In this document: positions 42,345 through 56,480 of the stretch, piece by piece
How positions within the stretch are numbered: the stretch's first letter is position 1
How the letters are laid out: the number at the start of each line of letters is the position of its first letter
DNA from: Nitrosopumilaceae archaeon
Lineage (GTDB): Archaea > Thermoproteota > Nitrososphaeria > Nitrososphaerales > Nitrosopumilaceae
Assembly (NCBI GenBank): GCA_965207375.1
Contig: CBDBMG010000003.1
Span: 288,001-352,000, forward strand
Length of the DNA: 64,000 nucleotides
Direction: 5' to 3'
Position numbers and translations under genes: made by a program
Notes under the pieces: generated by a model
What the model saw: the letters and a program-made list of their open reading frames with translations, nothing else
Database searches by the model: none
What the model was told of the DNA's origin: nothing

Positions 42345-43730
42345 TAATCATTCACGTGAACTGAAGCCTCAATAACCAATCAAATAAGTCCTACTGCCTT
42401 TCAGTTTTTTTATAATCATTATGACAATTGCAATTGATGGATCATGAAGATATAATGCTGTATTTGCCATTCATTTCACAGTAAAAAGTGTTTAACTAGC
42501 TGTACATTACTACGTAACAAGATGGAGCACAAATGAGTATGCTATGCGGGTTGTGAAACTTATAAAAGAAGACTGTCCTATACAGGGGCATAGCCAAGAT
42601 TATCTAAAGGGGGTTTCTAAATTCAACAGTTATATAGGATCCTTATTCACCAGCATGAATGGAAATGATTCATGCACTGATAGACCTTGCATATAATTAT
42701 TCACATTATCTCGTAAAAAACATTAGCTTAAGTGCATTGTAACCTACTGAATGCTAGGTGCATGGAGCTAATACTTGCTACTGTTCCTGCAGCTTACTGG
42801 TTATAGCTGTAACTATAGCTACACTAACTTACGTGTGCATGGTTAATTATTTTAATACTGTGCAGTAAATATATTTATAATACTCCACATCAAGCTTCCA
42901 GCAGAATCTTTCACTTCCTTACTGATCATCCATCACGTAAACGTGATAGGTGCCATTGGTTAAATTCTTATTCAAACCATCGATTCAGTATTCCAGAGAT
43001 TTCACTATATGAGCTAAGTAAACAACTAGATACTACTCACACGATTTGCTGCACCACCCATTCTCTTATCCAATGATCTATCAAATAACTGAATTTTTAT
43101 TAGTGCCTGCCTCAGGGTGTATTGGAGTTTAAATCTAAGATGAACGCGAACACTCTTCATGATAAAGATCTTCAGTAACTTATGTTGACTACGTAGCTAT
43201 ATTACATTCTCATAACAAAAACGTCATAACTGATCATGAAGCCACCTTATTAATCGGGTGTGTATCACGTTTATATACCAAAAATAATTTTAGTGGTGTT
43301 TAAACCGCTTGTCCACAAAGCCTGGTTCAATGATGCAGCTGATGCAATAAATGGACTCTAAGATGGAAGATGGTTTAAAAGTTGTGTAAATTTTAGTGTT
43401 AAGCCTAGCTAGCTATATTTAAATTTTTCTAGTTTTGAAAGGGGGGTCATCCAAATCCCCTCTGGCTACACCTCTGCTATAGTGTTTACTTACAGTAATA
43501 ATTTCGGCTCAAAACAACTTTAAAAAAGTTTATCAATAAAGTACTGGAGTATACAGCAGGGTTAAACAAAAGAACTAAATTTATAAGCATTGCTATATAT
43601 GTGTTCCTTAGTGATGAGTCTTTGTTCACATGACTTACTCGTGACACCATTAAAGTATATTGAATGGCAGGTGGTTTAACTTACATACGTAGTACCTGGT
43701 TTTTAGATAGTAAAACATCAACTTGTTTGG
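42345..43730 (+). mobile_element. HINE-like copy split by the 42583-43476 insertion
   Basis: Family body before the insertion and the 3' end CCTGGTTTTTAGATAGTAAAACATCAACTTGTT after it. Confidence 0.7.
42583..43476. mobile_element. CAG...CTG MITE with 5-bp TSD CTATA (hAT5-like)
   Basis: CAGGGGCATAGCCA...TGGCTACACCTCTG; CTATA is duplicated relative to uninterrupted HINE copies (GGCCTATAGTG). Confidence 0.7.
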
Positions 43731-44786
43731 TATTTGAATACCAGCTTAACCGAGTGAACATGCATGAATGAATGTTTGTTTTAACTATAGCCGATGATGT
43801 TTGAGGCTCTAATATGGTCTATAACTGATGTTTGACAGTCTGCTGACCACAGCATATTCAGACATTTTATAACTGTTGTACGTACAGACTAAGAAAAAGC
43901 TGATGATATTTCTAAATGTCATTTTAAGTTATTGACTGCTCCTTAGGTTGCTTAACCTGGTTAATCCCTATTATGAAGCACTGTCATACGTAGCTCATAA
44001 TAAACTGAACATCAACTTATTACTCTTAATATTCAATGAGTATGGAGATAGGGTGACAATACAGTCAACAAATTATTAAAATATTACATTTATAGTCAAA
44101 ATTTTGAAGTATCCAATTTTCAAACATTTCAAGGTTACTTGTTTACTTCAAAAATTTTATCCTTGAAGTTTTTGTTAAAAGCTGACAGTAGTAACTTGAA
44201 ACATTTGTGCCATGATACATTTAATATGCAATGAGCATACTGTGAGATACACTGAAATACTTTTAGTACTAGTCAACAAACCCCCCAGGGCTTAATTCAT
44301 CAAAAGTTGTGCCCAGCAAAGGAATAGAGACAACCCTTCAGCAACTACCACAGCATAGATATTATGAACATTATGGCAATCCTTATGACAGCTTTAATGC
44401 TTTCAACTGTGGGTTCAAAGTTATCTTTATGTATGTTTTTAGTGACTCATCTTCATCTCTGAGATCATCACATGAAACTAAGTGCAGCAAGCATTGTAAT
44501 TTAAAATTTTGAGGTCATAGTCCGTAAAAATTTTCTTACATAATTTTAAAGCAAAGTTTTAAGTCAAAAATTTCTACCCTTGAAGTTTTCCAGCTAGCTA
44601 CACAGTAGAGGTATATTGTGTGCCAATGTGAGTATTGGAATGTAAAGCTATTAAACATTACAGTGCTTAATGAAATGAGTTTTACAATTAGTTGCATTAA
44701 ACTATAATATCACTTATTACTCTTGGTTAATATACATCATACTCTAGAAGCATTTACTGTCATATTGTTATGATTGTATGAATGTA

Positions 44787-45567
44787 AGCTTCGCAATCCG
44801 CATGGCACGCCTACTTTTAAAACTGAAATGCTCCATCTTGTTAGTAATGTACAGCTGCCTTTTACTGTGAAATGAACAGCAAATACAGCATCACTTTGCT
44901 CTTCTTTTGAAAGTAACTCATGATGCACTTCATTACTAAGACCCTGCCCATCAATAGTATCGATAGCAAGTACCATAATCAGGGGCGGATCCAGAGGGGG
45001 GTCTTTGGGATCTCGAGACCCCCCTCCAGAAATATATCAGGCAAGCCAAAAGAATGATGTATTGGTATAAAAACAGACTAAAATGTACTATTTCTTGAAT
45101 TAAGTGAATTTTCAGTACTTAATGAGATAAAATAACCTATATCTTCCAAGGGGTTGCACCCACCACGCCCCCTACTCCATATTCGGCTTAAAACTTTATT
45201 GTATTTACTTAAATATGCTCTAAATCTTGGATTAGGCATGATTTTGGTGTTATATTACTTAAAAAAACCATAGCTTCTGGGGGGCTGTGCAAAACCATAG
45301 CTTCTGGGGGGCTGTGCCCCCCAGACCTCCTGCTTCAGAAATCACCTCTATATTCAGACCCCCCTCTCGGAAAATCCTGGATCCGCCCCTGATAATTATA
45401 GAGAACTGAAAAGCAGTAGGATTTGTTTGATTGGCTATTCAGACTTCATTTGATGTGAATAGTTTTTGATAGCCCAGAGGGGCGGACACACAAGGACAAA
45501 CACAAATGCATACCATATTCCCGGACAAAAGCAATTTCAAGAAACCAGATGTGCGCCTAGTTTAAAA
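44787..45567 (-). mobile_element. HINE-like copy (reverse) interrupted by a MITE
   Basis: Reverse complement of the family body up to its 5' end. Confidence 0.7.
44980..45391. mobile_element. CAG...CTG MITE with 5-bp TSD ATAAT (hAT5-like)
   Basis: 15-bp perfect TIR CAGGGGCGGATCCAG / CTGGATCCGCCCCTG; ATAAT on both sides. Confidence 0.8.
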
Positions 45568-46774
45568 AGTGATTAACTTTGTCCACATACGTATGTAAGT
45601 GCAATTTTCTCTTGCCTCCTTACAATTTATAGTACGTAGCTGTATGTCCAACTCATATGCCATAAATTAACATTAAGCGGGATTGATAAGAGAAAGGATC
45701 CTTATCCTGAGATATGACTGGCCTATTGTGTTATAGTAATAATTTCGGCATAAAATAACTTCATCAAAGCAGAAGAATTAAATTTGTATGTGTTGCTTTG
45801 TGTTCCTTAGTGATGAATCTTTGCTCATGTGACGTTATTACAATAGTATTGAATAGCAGTGGATTAGCAGCGGTTTAACTTGCACACAGTGCCTGGTTTT
45901 TAGATGGAAAAACATCAACTTGCTTGATTTCAAAAACTTTTGGGTAAACATAAGAATCTAGAATAATTTTCACAATTTATAGGGATCAAATCACATCTTA
46001 TGCAGCTTGTAGATTTTGTGTATCCTACGTATAATATGAATAGGTGTACATACATAATAATATTATAAGCCTGGTTTAGGTATAGATGTATAGGAATAGG
46101 TGTATTTTAGCCTCTGATTTCTTATGCTTGCTCACAACTATAAACATCACTTATTACTCTTGGTGTATATTTAATTAATGCACATCATACTGTAGAGGCA
46201 GTTACTGTGCATATGTCACACTCTTATCATCTACTGTACTTATATTAATGGACTACTTGGAGCTGCTGGTAATGGTCGATTGGAGGATGTCATGGAACAT
46301 CTCCAGAATGGAGTGGATGTTAATGGGAATGTGGTAAGTAATTACATTTATACTTATTTCACGTTACTATAATACTTGATAATGTGTATAGTAGCTATGT
46401 GTGTAGCTAGAAGGAATAAGACCTTTAGTGTTTACTACTCTTAGAATTCATAAGATAATAGAACAATAATAATGATGTAATAATTTATTCATATCAATCA
46501 TGACTGATAAGGAAGTCTCGTTTGTCACTTCTTTGTTAGCCATTAGTTTTTAATTTGTAACCAGTCTGGTACTTTGTTTATTGTATAAATTCTCAACACT
46601 ATAATGTACTGTTATGTCATAATATGTGTTCATATAGTAACATAAGCTTCACATTGTCATGACAACACTAGTGTAAATTTCTAGATCATTTTATTGTACA
46701 AACTACAATCATGGTATGTACGTATGTAGGCATGCAAAACTAACTAACCTCTGTTACAGATTGCTTTATACACC

Positions 46775-47322
46775 ATTCACGTGAAATGAAGTCTGAATAG
46801 CCAATCAAACAATGCCTACTGCCTTTCAGTTTCTCTGTACAGCACTTGCTATCTATACTGCTGATGGGTGGGTCCTTAGTAACAAAGCATGTCGTGTTTT
46901 ACTTCCAAAGAAGAGCAAGGTAATGCTGTATTTGCTGTTCATTACTCGGTAAAAGCCGTTTAACCAGTTCTACATTACTAACAAGATGGAGCGCTTCAGT
47001 TTTAAATGTGGGTGTGCCGTGCGGGTTGCGAAGCTTATAAAAGAAACTGGCCTATAGTGTTACAGTAAGAATTTTGGCATAAAACAACTTTCTACTACTT
47101 TCAAAAAGTTTTATCACTAAAGTACTGGAGCACAAAGTGGGTTTAAACAGAAGAATTAAATTCGCATGCGTTGCTATGTGTTCCTTAGTGATGAGTCTCT
47201 GCTCACGTGACTTACTGGTGAAGTCATTAAGGACTATTACAATGCATTGAATAACAGTAGATTAACAGTGTGTTAACTTACACACAGCGCCTGGTTTTTA
47301 GATGATAATACGTCAACTTGTT
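46775..47322 (+). mobile_element. HINE-like copy, 5'-truncated
   Basis: Family body with an intact 3' end. Confidence 0.75.
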
Positions 47323-48061
47323 TATGTTAACTAAGCCTTGCTTTTACAAATAAATTTAACAATTACATTGTCATAATAAATGTTTGAATGTCTTTCAGTA
47401 CGGTCCTCCATCCTTTGCTTAATCTACGTACGTATTGTAGGTACGTATATATGTATTGAGGGCAAAGATTGAACACTATTTGCTTTTACATTACTGCATA
47501 CGTACGTACGTATGTGTTTGTTAAATCATATTATGTGATTTATAAACCAACACTGTATTACGTACATGTGCATACATGCATACATAATACCACATAGTTT
47601 CATATGGTGGAGTTAGACTAGTACAGTTGTGTAATTATTGATAAAGTGTATGTGTTGTGTTGACCTGATATAATTTATTGATAATTTATTATTATATGTA
47701 GCTTGATGATACTCCATTGAACAGAGCAATGAGAGGTCATCATACAAAAGTGGTACAATTCTTACTTTCTAAAGGAGCTAGAGTGAGTACAATACACATA
47801 TTATAATGTACTGTAAGGCTGTGAAACGTAATTAGTTTGTAGATATGCATGTGATCATGTTCACACTGAGACAGAATGGAGGTTTTATATTGTTATATTT
47901 GTGGTTGGATATGTTTCAATATAGGATTACGTATATTGGGTACTTTCTTATCAATTGGACTAGCTGAAGTGCTTAATAATATGGGTACCTGCAGTTTTGC
48001 ATAGTTTTAAATATAATATGCAGCTACGTATAAGTATCAAGGATAATGCCAACATAATATA

Positions 48062-48277
48062 CCGTATACCATGAAAGTTTCGAGACAGAAAAGTTTCGTG
48101 GATTTTGCGGTTTTTTGGTGCTCCGCGAAGCTTTTTTCCATGAAAATATTTCAGTTGCTATTGAAAATCGGGTACTTATAGCTATAACTATGGGAATCCG
48201 TGAAAGTTTTTTTGTGAAGATCTGTGTGATGCATTGACCGCGAAGGTTTTTTGCCTCGAAACTTTCATGGTATACGG
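48062..48277. mobile_element. Tc1/mariner/pogo-type MITE, TA TSD
   Basis: TA|CCGTATACCATGAAAGTTTCGAG...CTCGAAACTTTCATGGTATACGG|TA, 23-bp perfect TIR. Confidence 0.85.
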
Positions 48278-48985
48278 TAAGTGTTTGGCTAGGTATTGTA
48301 TTTATAGAAATGAGCAAATTTTTATACTAATATTGATTTGCTCTAATAAAACAGTCACAATTAAATAGCTGGAAATTTTCAATACATTGAAAACTTCAAA
48401 AGTTCAACAATGTGTCAGTTATCACTGTATAGTCGGTCTATTTCAAAAATTAATGTACGTAGAATAACTACATGTTTATTGTTTTTGATAGATCAATGTA
48501 CTTAACACTTTAGTAGCTATGTTATATGGCTTCCTCCACACTTGACGTGATGTTTATAAGCTTATCTACAAGAATGACCGGCCTGGATAGCACAAAATTG
48601 CTTCCTCTGATTCTGCATTATGCTCGATTGTGCCTACTGTTAACTAGCATAAAATATTTGTTATAAAACCTTAACTGTTTTATTAGAGTATTCACTTATC
48701 CCAAATACTACTGTTAGTTTTCGCATCATCTATGTTACTATGGTTCCAACAATGATGTCACAATTTCATGTGGATAGGCATCCACGCACTTAAATGGCTT
48801 CACGTGGAACCACAAAAATCTATTGTGTGCCACCACATACTAGTTCATAGAAGTCTTGGGGATGAGACTAGTATGGATGTACTGTACTTGCACATATCGT
48901 ATATTAACGTGATGACATGTACGTATGTACGTAGATCATCTGCTGACTTAGTCTTGCATAGTCAGACCAATTTACAGACCAACCA

Positions 48986-49685
48986 CTTATTGCTGTTCAG
49001 ATTATAAGCACCAGCTGTAATATGATCTGATGACATTCCGATTCTTCAGTGTACTAGTGCAGTGTGCTAGCTAATTAAGTACATTTCAATGAAGTCACCG
49101 GGAATATGTATAATGTATTTCTAGTATTAGTCTGTTTGCATGGAGTTAACTGGGATGTTTCATTAAACTATTAATGGGACACATTGACAAACTTGTCACT
49201 CTAATAACAGTAATAGATAAGGCTGTAAGCATAGTTGTGATGTTGAATACCCTTTGGAACTTATTCACAAGTTTCTTTGTAGTTTTTAAGCTGTGAAATC
49301 TTCAACTACGTAGTCCTGGGCAATATTGAAAAGTTAAGATGTCAATACGATATGAGAAAATATCATAATACACTGATATCCACAATATTTCCTGTGTGGT
49401 GCTAAAATAACATCCTTATACTAATCCACGATATTATCGTGGAGCATAATTCCATACTCGATAGTGTTATAATATCATGATATGATTAAATTTTGATATA
49501 CGTACATATTATTGCCCTCTATAACCTGCACATGTCACTAAACCATCCATGATACTCTGTTAATCACAATGAAAGTTGCCATTTTATTAAAGTATGTATG
49601 AGTAGAATACCCATCAGAATGACTGAAGTGTTGCAATGTCACCAGACCATATTACAGCTGGTGCTTATAATTGAACACCAATAAG
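48986..49685. mobile_element. TIR element remnant (~60-bp inverted repeats)
   Basis: ATTATAAGCACCAGCTGTAATATG / CATATTACAGCTGGTGCTTATAAT with flanking similarity. Confidence 0.6.
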
Positions 49686-50136
49686 AATACAATAGTGTTT
49701 ATATGCACACTTTGTTTTGTAATTGATTTGTTATCAAACAAGTAATATAGACTTTCTATAAAAGTGGTCAGGTAATACCTGACCAACCTAACTGGTGGCT
49801 ACAGCCCTGTCTACTGGTAACAATATTGGGATGAGTGTTATAGTTATATTATATAATAACAGTGACAAGGTATGTAATTATAATGTTACGTACATACATA
49901 GTCAAATCTTTAAATTAGGCCTAAAATGAATATCAAATTGGTGTGTGAATAGCTTGAATGGTAAGGCAATGAATATTCTGAACAGTTGCAATATGCCATT
50001 TTACTATAAAATTGCTTGATTCATGCTGAAAATAATATAATTAATTTAATTTCCAAACTAGTTAAAAATTAGTGGCAAAATATGCTAGAATTTATACATA
50101 AAGTCTTTTGTTGTATATGTATGTATGTATAAATAC

Positions 50137-50787
50137 TTTTTAAACCAGGCGGACACCAGCCTTTTTCCTGATTTCTTGAATTCAAACTGCTTTTGTTTGG
50201 GAAGTTGGTGTGTATGTGTGTGTCTTTGTGTTTCTGTGTATGCATGTGCGTCTGCCTGTGTGTCCGCACCCAAGCTATTATAATCATTCATGTGAAATGA
50301 AGCCTGAGTAGCCAATCAAAAAAGTTCTACTGCCTTTCAAATAATTTGACAATTACAGTCGATGGGTAATGAAGCATGTCATGATTTCCTGCTAAAGAAG
50401 TGTAAGTTAATGCTGTATTTGCTGTTCATTTCACAGTAAAAGGCATTTAACCAGCTGTACATTACTAGCAAGATGCAGTTTTAAAAGTGGGAGTGCCATG
50501 CAAGTTGTGAAGCTTATAAAAGGAGACTGGCCTATATAGTCAAAAAGAATTTCGGCTAAAACAACTTACTACGTACTTTATCAATGAAGTACTGGAGTGT
50601 ACTGCTGGTTTAAACAAAAGAATTAAATTTGTATGCGTTGCTATGTGTTCCTTAGTAATGAATCTTTGCTCACATGATATACTTGTGATGTCATTAAATA
50701 CTATTACAATACATTGAATAGCAGTTGATTAACAGTGGTTTAACTTACACAGCGCATGCTTTTTTGATGTTAAAACATCAACTTTTT
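50137..50787 (+). mobile_element. HINE-like copy (diverged)
   Basis: TTTTTAAACCAGGCG start, GT-rich tract, family body and 3' end. Confidence 0.7.
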
Positions 50788-51843
50788 GGTATAGGAATAC
50801 CAGCTTAATCAAGTGAATATGCGAACTATTTGAATGTTTGTTTTAGGTGACCACAGCATATTTAGACATTTTAAAAGTGTTGTAGCTAAGAAACAGTTAG
50901 TGATATTTCTAAATGTCATTTTGCTGCTCCTTAGGTTGCTTAACCTGGTTAATCCCTATTATGAAGCACTGACATACATAGCTCATAATAAACTGAAAAT
51001 CATCACTTAGGGTAACAATACAATTAATCATCACTTAGGTATATATTCAATTAATGCACATCATACTCTAGAGGCACTTACTGTATGCATGCCTTAAGCC
51101 GATTTTTTTGATGTTAGGTTAATTTAGCAATTTTCAATTTCGAAGATTTAGTGTTTTCAATTTTGGCGATTTTGGCAATATCTGTGTCCAGCTACCGTTA
51201 GTATAATTAGCGCATAGAAATTTTAGCAAATTAGTCACTACTTGCCAACTTCGCCAAAATGAAGTTGCGTTTAATATACTTAGCTTAATTTATATATATA
51301 CGTATATATACATATACGTATGTGTGTGTGTGTGCATATGTACGTATGTATGTCACATTGTTGTCATCTACTGTACTCATTGTAGTATAACATTGGTGGG
51401 TTGATTCAAGCTACTCGTGATGGTCGACTGGAGGATGTCAAGAGGAACATCTCCAGAATGGAGTGGATGTTAATTGGACAAATAGTGTAAGTAACTACAT
51501 TTATACTTATTTCACGTTACTATAATACTTGATAATGTGTATAGTAGCTATGTGTGTAGCTAGAAGGTATAAGATCTTTAGTGTTTACTACTCAAAAATT
51601 AAAGATTTTGTAACAGCTTTAAAATTACAATAAAAATAGTTCTCATAGAGTTCATAAGATAATAGAACAATAATAATGATGTAATAATTTATTCATATCA
51701 ATCATGACTGATAAGGAAGTCTCGTTTGTCACTTCTTTGTTAGCCATTAGTTTTTAATTTGTAACCAGTCTGGTACTTTGTTTATTGTATAAATTCTCAA
51801 CACTATAATGTACTGTTATGTCATAATATGTGTTCATATAATA

Positions 51844-52515
51844 TGGTACAGCTCAAAGGCAACTTGATGCCTGCACGCGGGTTGCCAGGTGAACACGCGC
51901 GGGTGAACTTACACGCGGACCCGGGTGCAGATGCCCGTAATGTTTTTCACCAACCCGTGGGCACCCAGTTTCTTAAATACAATAATACTCACCGTTGTAC
52001 AAGCAACCTTTGCTGCATTGTTTATTCACAGTAGTCTGTGAATCCTTGAGCGAGTCCTCAAGGGTTATTATCAATTAATCTAACGACGCGCATAACTAGG
52101 TAAGGTGCTTATAAGTATAAGACCCCATGCGCATTATGAAAGAATATAATATTTTAGTCGGTTCTCAAAGTAAATCATGGTGATACAACTAGCTACCCTT
52201 CTTCTTGTCTCGATTTATAAGCAAGGCATGGTAGTACAACCGATTGATATGCAAACTAGAAGGTATAAAACTGGCCAGTACGTTAGAATTGAACTACGTA
52301 TATATATACATCGACATAAACAAGTGTATATTAAGCTAACCATACAAACCTGCATGAAGAACTGGGGAAGGTGGAGAGTAACCAGCATCATTACTTGTTA
52401 CAGTTATACTCTGGCGTGCATGTATGTGTGCACACGCAAACCAGGGCGCGTGCAACAAGAGAGAGACACGCATGTAAAATACCTGCGTGAATCAAGTTCC
52501 CTTTGAGCTGTGCCG
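51844..52515. mobile_element. TA-flanked MITE (CGGTACAGCTC family)
   Basis: TGGTACAGCTCAAAGGCAACTTGAT...ATCAAGTTCCCTTTGAGCTGTGCCG; the empty site is present in the paralogous intron at ~46630 (TTCATATAGTAACA). Confidence 0.8.
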
Positions 52516-53311
52516 TAGTAACACAGACTTCACATTGTCATGACAACATTAGTGTAAATTTGTAGAGCACAAAATACAAACTCATATTCAAGTACTTTAA
52601 TTTTTGATTGACTGGATGAATTATACATAGCATACATATTTTATTAAGTACCTACGTAGTATTCTACATACAGTATGTAGCTATAACTACGTATGGAGGG
52701 TAAAGATTGAACACTATTTTCTTTTTCCTTACATTATGTTGTTTGCTGGTAGTATTATTTGAAGGATGATTTTGCTTAGTCAAATATCTGATAGTGTCCG
52801 CTGAACACATGATTTATGCATCAGCTAAATATACATACGTACATACATAGACTAGTAATTATTGTGTTATCAGTTATTGTGTTTGTGTGTGGTGTTGACC
52901 TGTTATCATTTATTGATTATGTTTTGTTATAGAGTGGTAATACTCCACTGTCCAGTGCGGCATTATGTGGACATGCAAATGTTATTGAATTTCTATTATC
53001 TAATGGAGCTAAAGGAGATAGAAGGGAAATAGTGAGTATAATATAATACTGCTGAATATGTAGTTTATATGTATGTAGATATGTACGTTTGCATGTGATC
53101 ACGTACATATTGAGAGACTGATATACAGTGTAAAAGAAGTTAATAATTGTTCTGATGTCAAAATTATACATTTTCTTATTTTCACACATATATTAGGCTT
53201 AGTATATTAATTAATAAAATACGTACTTTAAGGACTGTAGTATGACTGTAAATCCTTTAACAGAGTGTATGGTGATGGAGTGGAAATACAGTTGACAAAA
53301 TTATTTGTTGT

Positions 53312-53582
53312 CAGGGATGTGCCCACAGCGGTCGGCAGTGGTCGGCCCCGACCACCACTCTGATAAAATAACCACCACTCAGATAAAATGACCACCACTA
53401 AAAACTCACTGACCAGTACTAAAATATCAGCAAGAATGAAATGCTTAGTCTTGCTAGCCACTTTACACAAAATAAAGTGTCTACAGGGAATCCTAAACAC
53501 AATTTGAGCATATATATTAAAGTTTGGAGATTTAAAACCGCTTTATGTAACCACCACTCTCCTAAACCTGGGCACATCCCTG
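53312..53582. mobile_element. CAG...CTG MITE with 6-bp TSD TGTTGT (hAT6-like)
   Basis: 14-bp TIR CAGGGATGTGCCCA / TGGGCACATCCCTG; TGTTGT on both sides; ACCACCACT subterminal repeats. Confidence 0.75.
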
Positions 53583-54587
53583 TGTTGTAGATTATTTTAA
53601 ATGACATATTCGTAGCTAGCCGTAATTTTTGAAGGCTCCAATTTCCAAATATTTTGAGGTTATTATGTTTACCTTGAATTGCTTGAAAATTTTATCCTTA
53701 AATTTTTTGTAGAAAGTCAGTTATATCTTTAAAAATTTGTGCCACGTTGCGTTTATTACACAATGAGCACACTGCAAAGTATACTGAAGTACGTACTTTA
53801 AGCACAATTCAACGTCACCTAACCCAACAGTGCCTTCATCAGAAGTCGTAAAGACACCAGTAATGCAGTATCTTGAAACGTTTGTACCAGGGGGCAATTA
53901 ATATGCATTGAGCATGCTGTGAGGTACACTGAAGTACTTTAAGCATTAGTCAACCAGCAGGGTAAGGCTTTCATCAAAAGTTGTGCCCAGTAAAGGAATA
54001 AAGACAACTAACAATAGGGTAATTCCATATCAGTTCACCAAAGTTTTGCAAATGACCCCCTTAGAATAGGACGAAATTTGGTGTGTGGGTAGTCCAGGTA
54101 GTCATATGTGTCCCAAAAGAATTTCACGCCCATTGCTTGTATGGCTTTCACAAAATGGCCTATTAAATATTCTACTATTTTGTTATTTTGCAGTACCTGT
54201 GACCATTCAAAGCATCATAACTTGGGCAATTTTCATTATTTTGAAAAACGAATTGCACCACTTTGAAGCTGAAAGAATAAGCTTTCATTTGGTATGTTTA
54301 ACAAATTAATTTGACGAAGTTGATAATTAGGTACGTCTCCTAATCTTTGACCTTTGCTCTATCAAAAAGTGCTGATTGGAATTTTTTGTTACTTTTTGTA
54401 GATACTTGCTAGACATTCACCTATTAGTTGTAAAAGTTTCAGTTTGGGGTCTCCATGGGATTACGAGATAGGTGCTCTTATGTAGCGGTGTGTATGGTAT
54501 TATAGCAGAAATCCTATGCAGTATTGCACACCTTGAAGCCCATTCTGCTGATTTAAGTTTGCAGACACACAAGACTCTGTAAGTTAA

Positions 54588-54883
54588 ATGCTAAACAAAA
54601 ACAGCCTGGCTGTAAAAAAAGTGCGTGGCCAATCAGAAGCCACAAATATAAGCGACCAAAACCTCTGATATCAAGTAAGGCCAAGAAATTGAACATTTTA
54701 TTAAGAATCTTTTTACTTGAATGACATACAATAGTTTACAGGGCATTTTCACAACTATGATTGGCTTTGTCACTTGGCCACCTTGTTGCTATTTTTATTG
54801 ATATCAGAGGTTTTGGTCGCTTATATTTGTGGCTTCTGATTGGCCTCGCACTTTTTTACAGCCAGGCTGTTTTTGTTTAGCAT
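54588..54883. repeat. Hairpin/foldback element inside Sola2
   Basis: ~85-bp near-perfect inverted arms (GCTAAACAAAAACAGCCTGGCTGTAAAAAA...CCTCTGATATCAA). Confidence 0.85.
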
Positions 54884-56480
54884 ATCACTGCTTTTTGTAA
54901 ATATTCAAAAACAGATTATATACTATAAACAAGTCCTGACAAGAAACCTTATATAAAGTATGCAGAGTAATAAAATTTTAAAGGGGAGAGGAGGAAGTTA
55001 ATATTTTGGGTATTTCCCTTGTATTCCCCCAAATAACTAATGAACATTATAAAGTATGTGTTATTATAATATAATTGTTAGCTATGTAAGTGGAGAACAG
55101 TTGAGAACTTCAATGAAGGCTACATCATTGCCATCCTCTATTGTTGATTGATCTACAGGAGAAGACAATTAATATTATAGTGCAAAATATTGTAGTGACA
55201 GTGGTCTCCTATTTATAATGTGTGGCAACTGTTCACCTCTTGTTGTTTGGTATAATTATCATGGCACATTAACATGAATGAAATCGTTAAAGGCTAATTT
55301 TGATAAACTGAAGTGTCATAATTTCTTTAAACTTATCCTGAAGATTCATATATCGATATAGCTTGTGTATCTGAAATTTCATTCAAATGATTTAGAGGGG
55401 GTCCGAGTTATGGAAACTATCAACATACAGTGTAAAAGTATCTCTCAAATACATTGAGGTATTTGCTTAATGCTGAAAGTTGTTTGTCTGGTAGAGCATA
55501 CATAGGAGAAGTGTTGATACAAATTTGGTTGAAATCCATGCAGAAATGAGTGAGTTATTAGACAAACAAGTGTATGTACTAAATGAGTGTTTTAAATATA
55601 AATTCCGGGATTCACGCCGGGGGTCACGCAAGCCCACGAAAAGTGTGCGATGAAAATAAAAGAAAGAAAGAAAGAAAAAGAAAACGACGGCCGCGTAATA
55701 ATTTTTTTACTGGAAGGAGGACTTTATAAGGCTGTATCAGAAGACTGGCTGGTCCGATTTCGATAAACTTTGGGTTACTGATTCTACATTAAATGAAGGT
55801 ACTAATTCTCTAATTAACGAGCGAAAAGGGGCGGGGCAGATGGTTCGTCGTGCGTTGTCGCAAAACGAGCGCCATAAAACTCGCAATGGCTGATACTCAG
55901 GAATGGAGGCAGCTATTTACTTCATTGTTGGTATATTGATTCTATATAGTAAGAACGTACTAGGTCCGTAATAACTAAGCGGTAGCTTTTATGGCGGATT
56001 ATTTACAGCGTCTGCGAATTTTTGAGCGGTGCTACCTGTAAATAACTCACTCGTTCGTCGCGTACGGCTGCTTCTTCTTGGCCTCGCAACTCACTATCGT
56101 GAGTCTTGATGTACACATAAAGAATTTGTAACAAAGGCATGTAATACAAGTTTATTACTGCGGTGAGCTGTTTGGTAGCAAAAGTCATTTCTTTTTTGTC
56201 GAAGAGTAGGCTTGAGACTAATGTGCTGGCATAATTTTAAGAATAACAGGTAGCAATTTTAGTAATAATTCTAGAATTATAGGGTCTTTATGTGCACAAT
56301 TCTGGACATTCATGAGCATAATGTAAGAATAATCAATTAATCATTGGCATTTTAAAAAGATTTTTATTCTTTGGACATCAGCAGCTCAGTTTCTGAATAG
56401 TTTCATATGCATTTTGGATATTATTTTTACTGACTCAGTAAAATTAATAGAGGAACAATAGATGATAATTTGGGAATAAA

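Larger units (their letters stand above)
46241..53031 (+). pseudogene. Ankyrin-repeat gene fragment; exons ~46241-46333, 47702-47782, 51386-51486, 52933-53031
   Basis: GLLGAAGNGRLEDVMEHLQNGVDVN; LDDTPLNRAMRGHHTKVVQFLLSKGAR; GGLIQATRDGRLEDVK (2-nt frameshift); SGNTPLSSAALCGHANVIEFLLSNGAK (99 nt, phase 0). The first exon has lost its acceptor. Confidence 0.75.
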
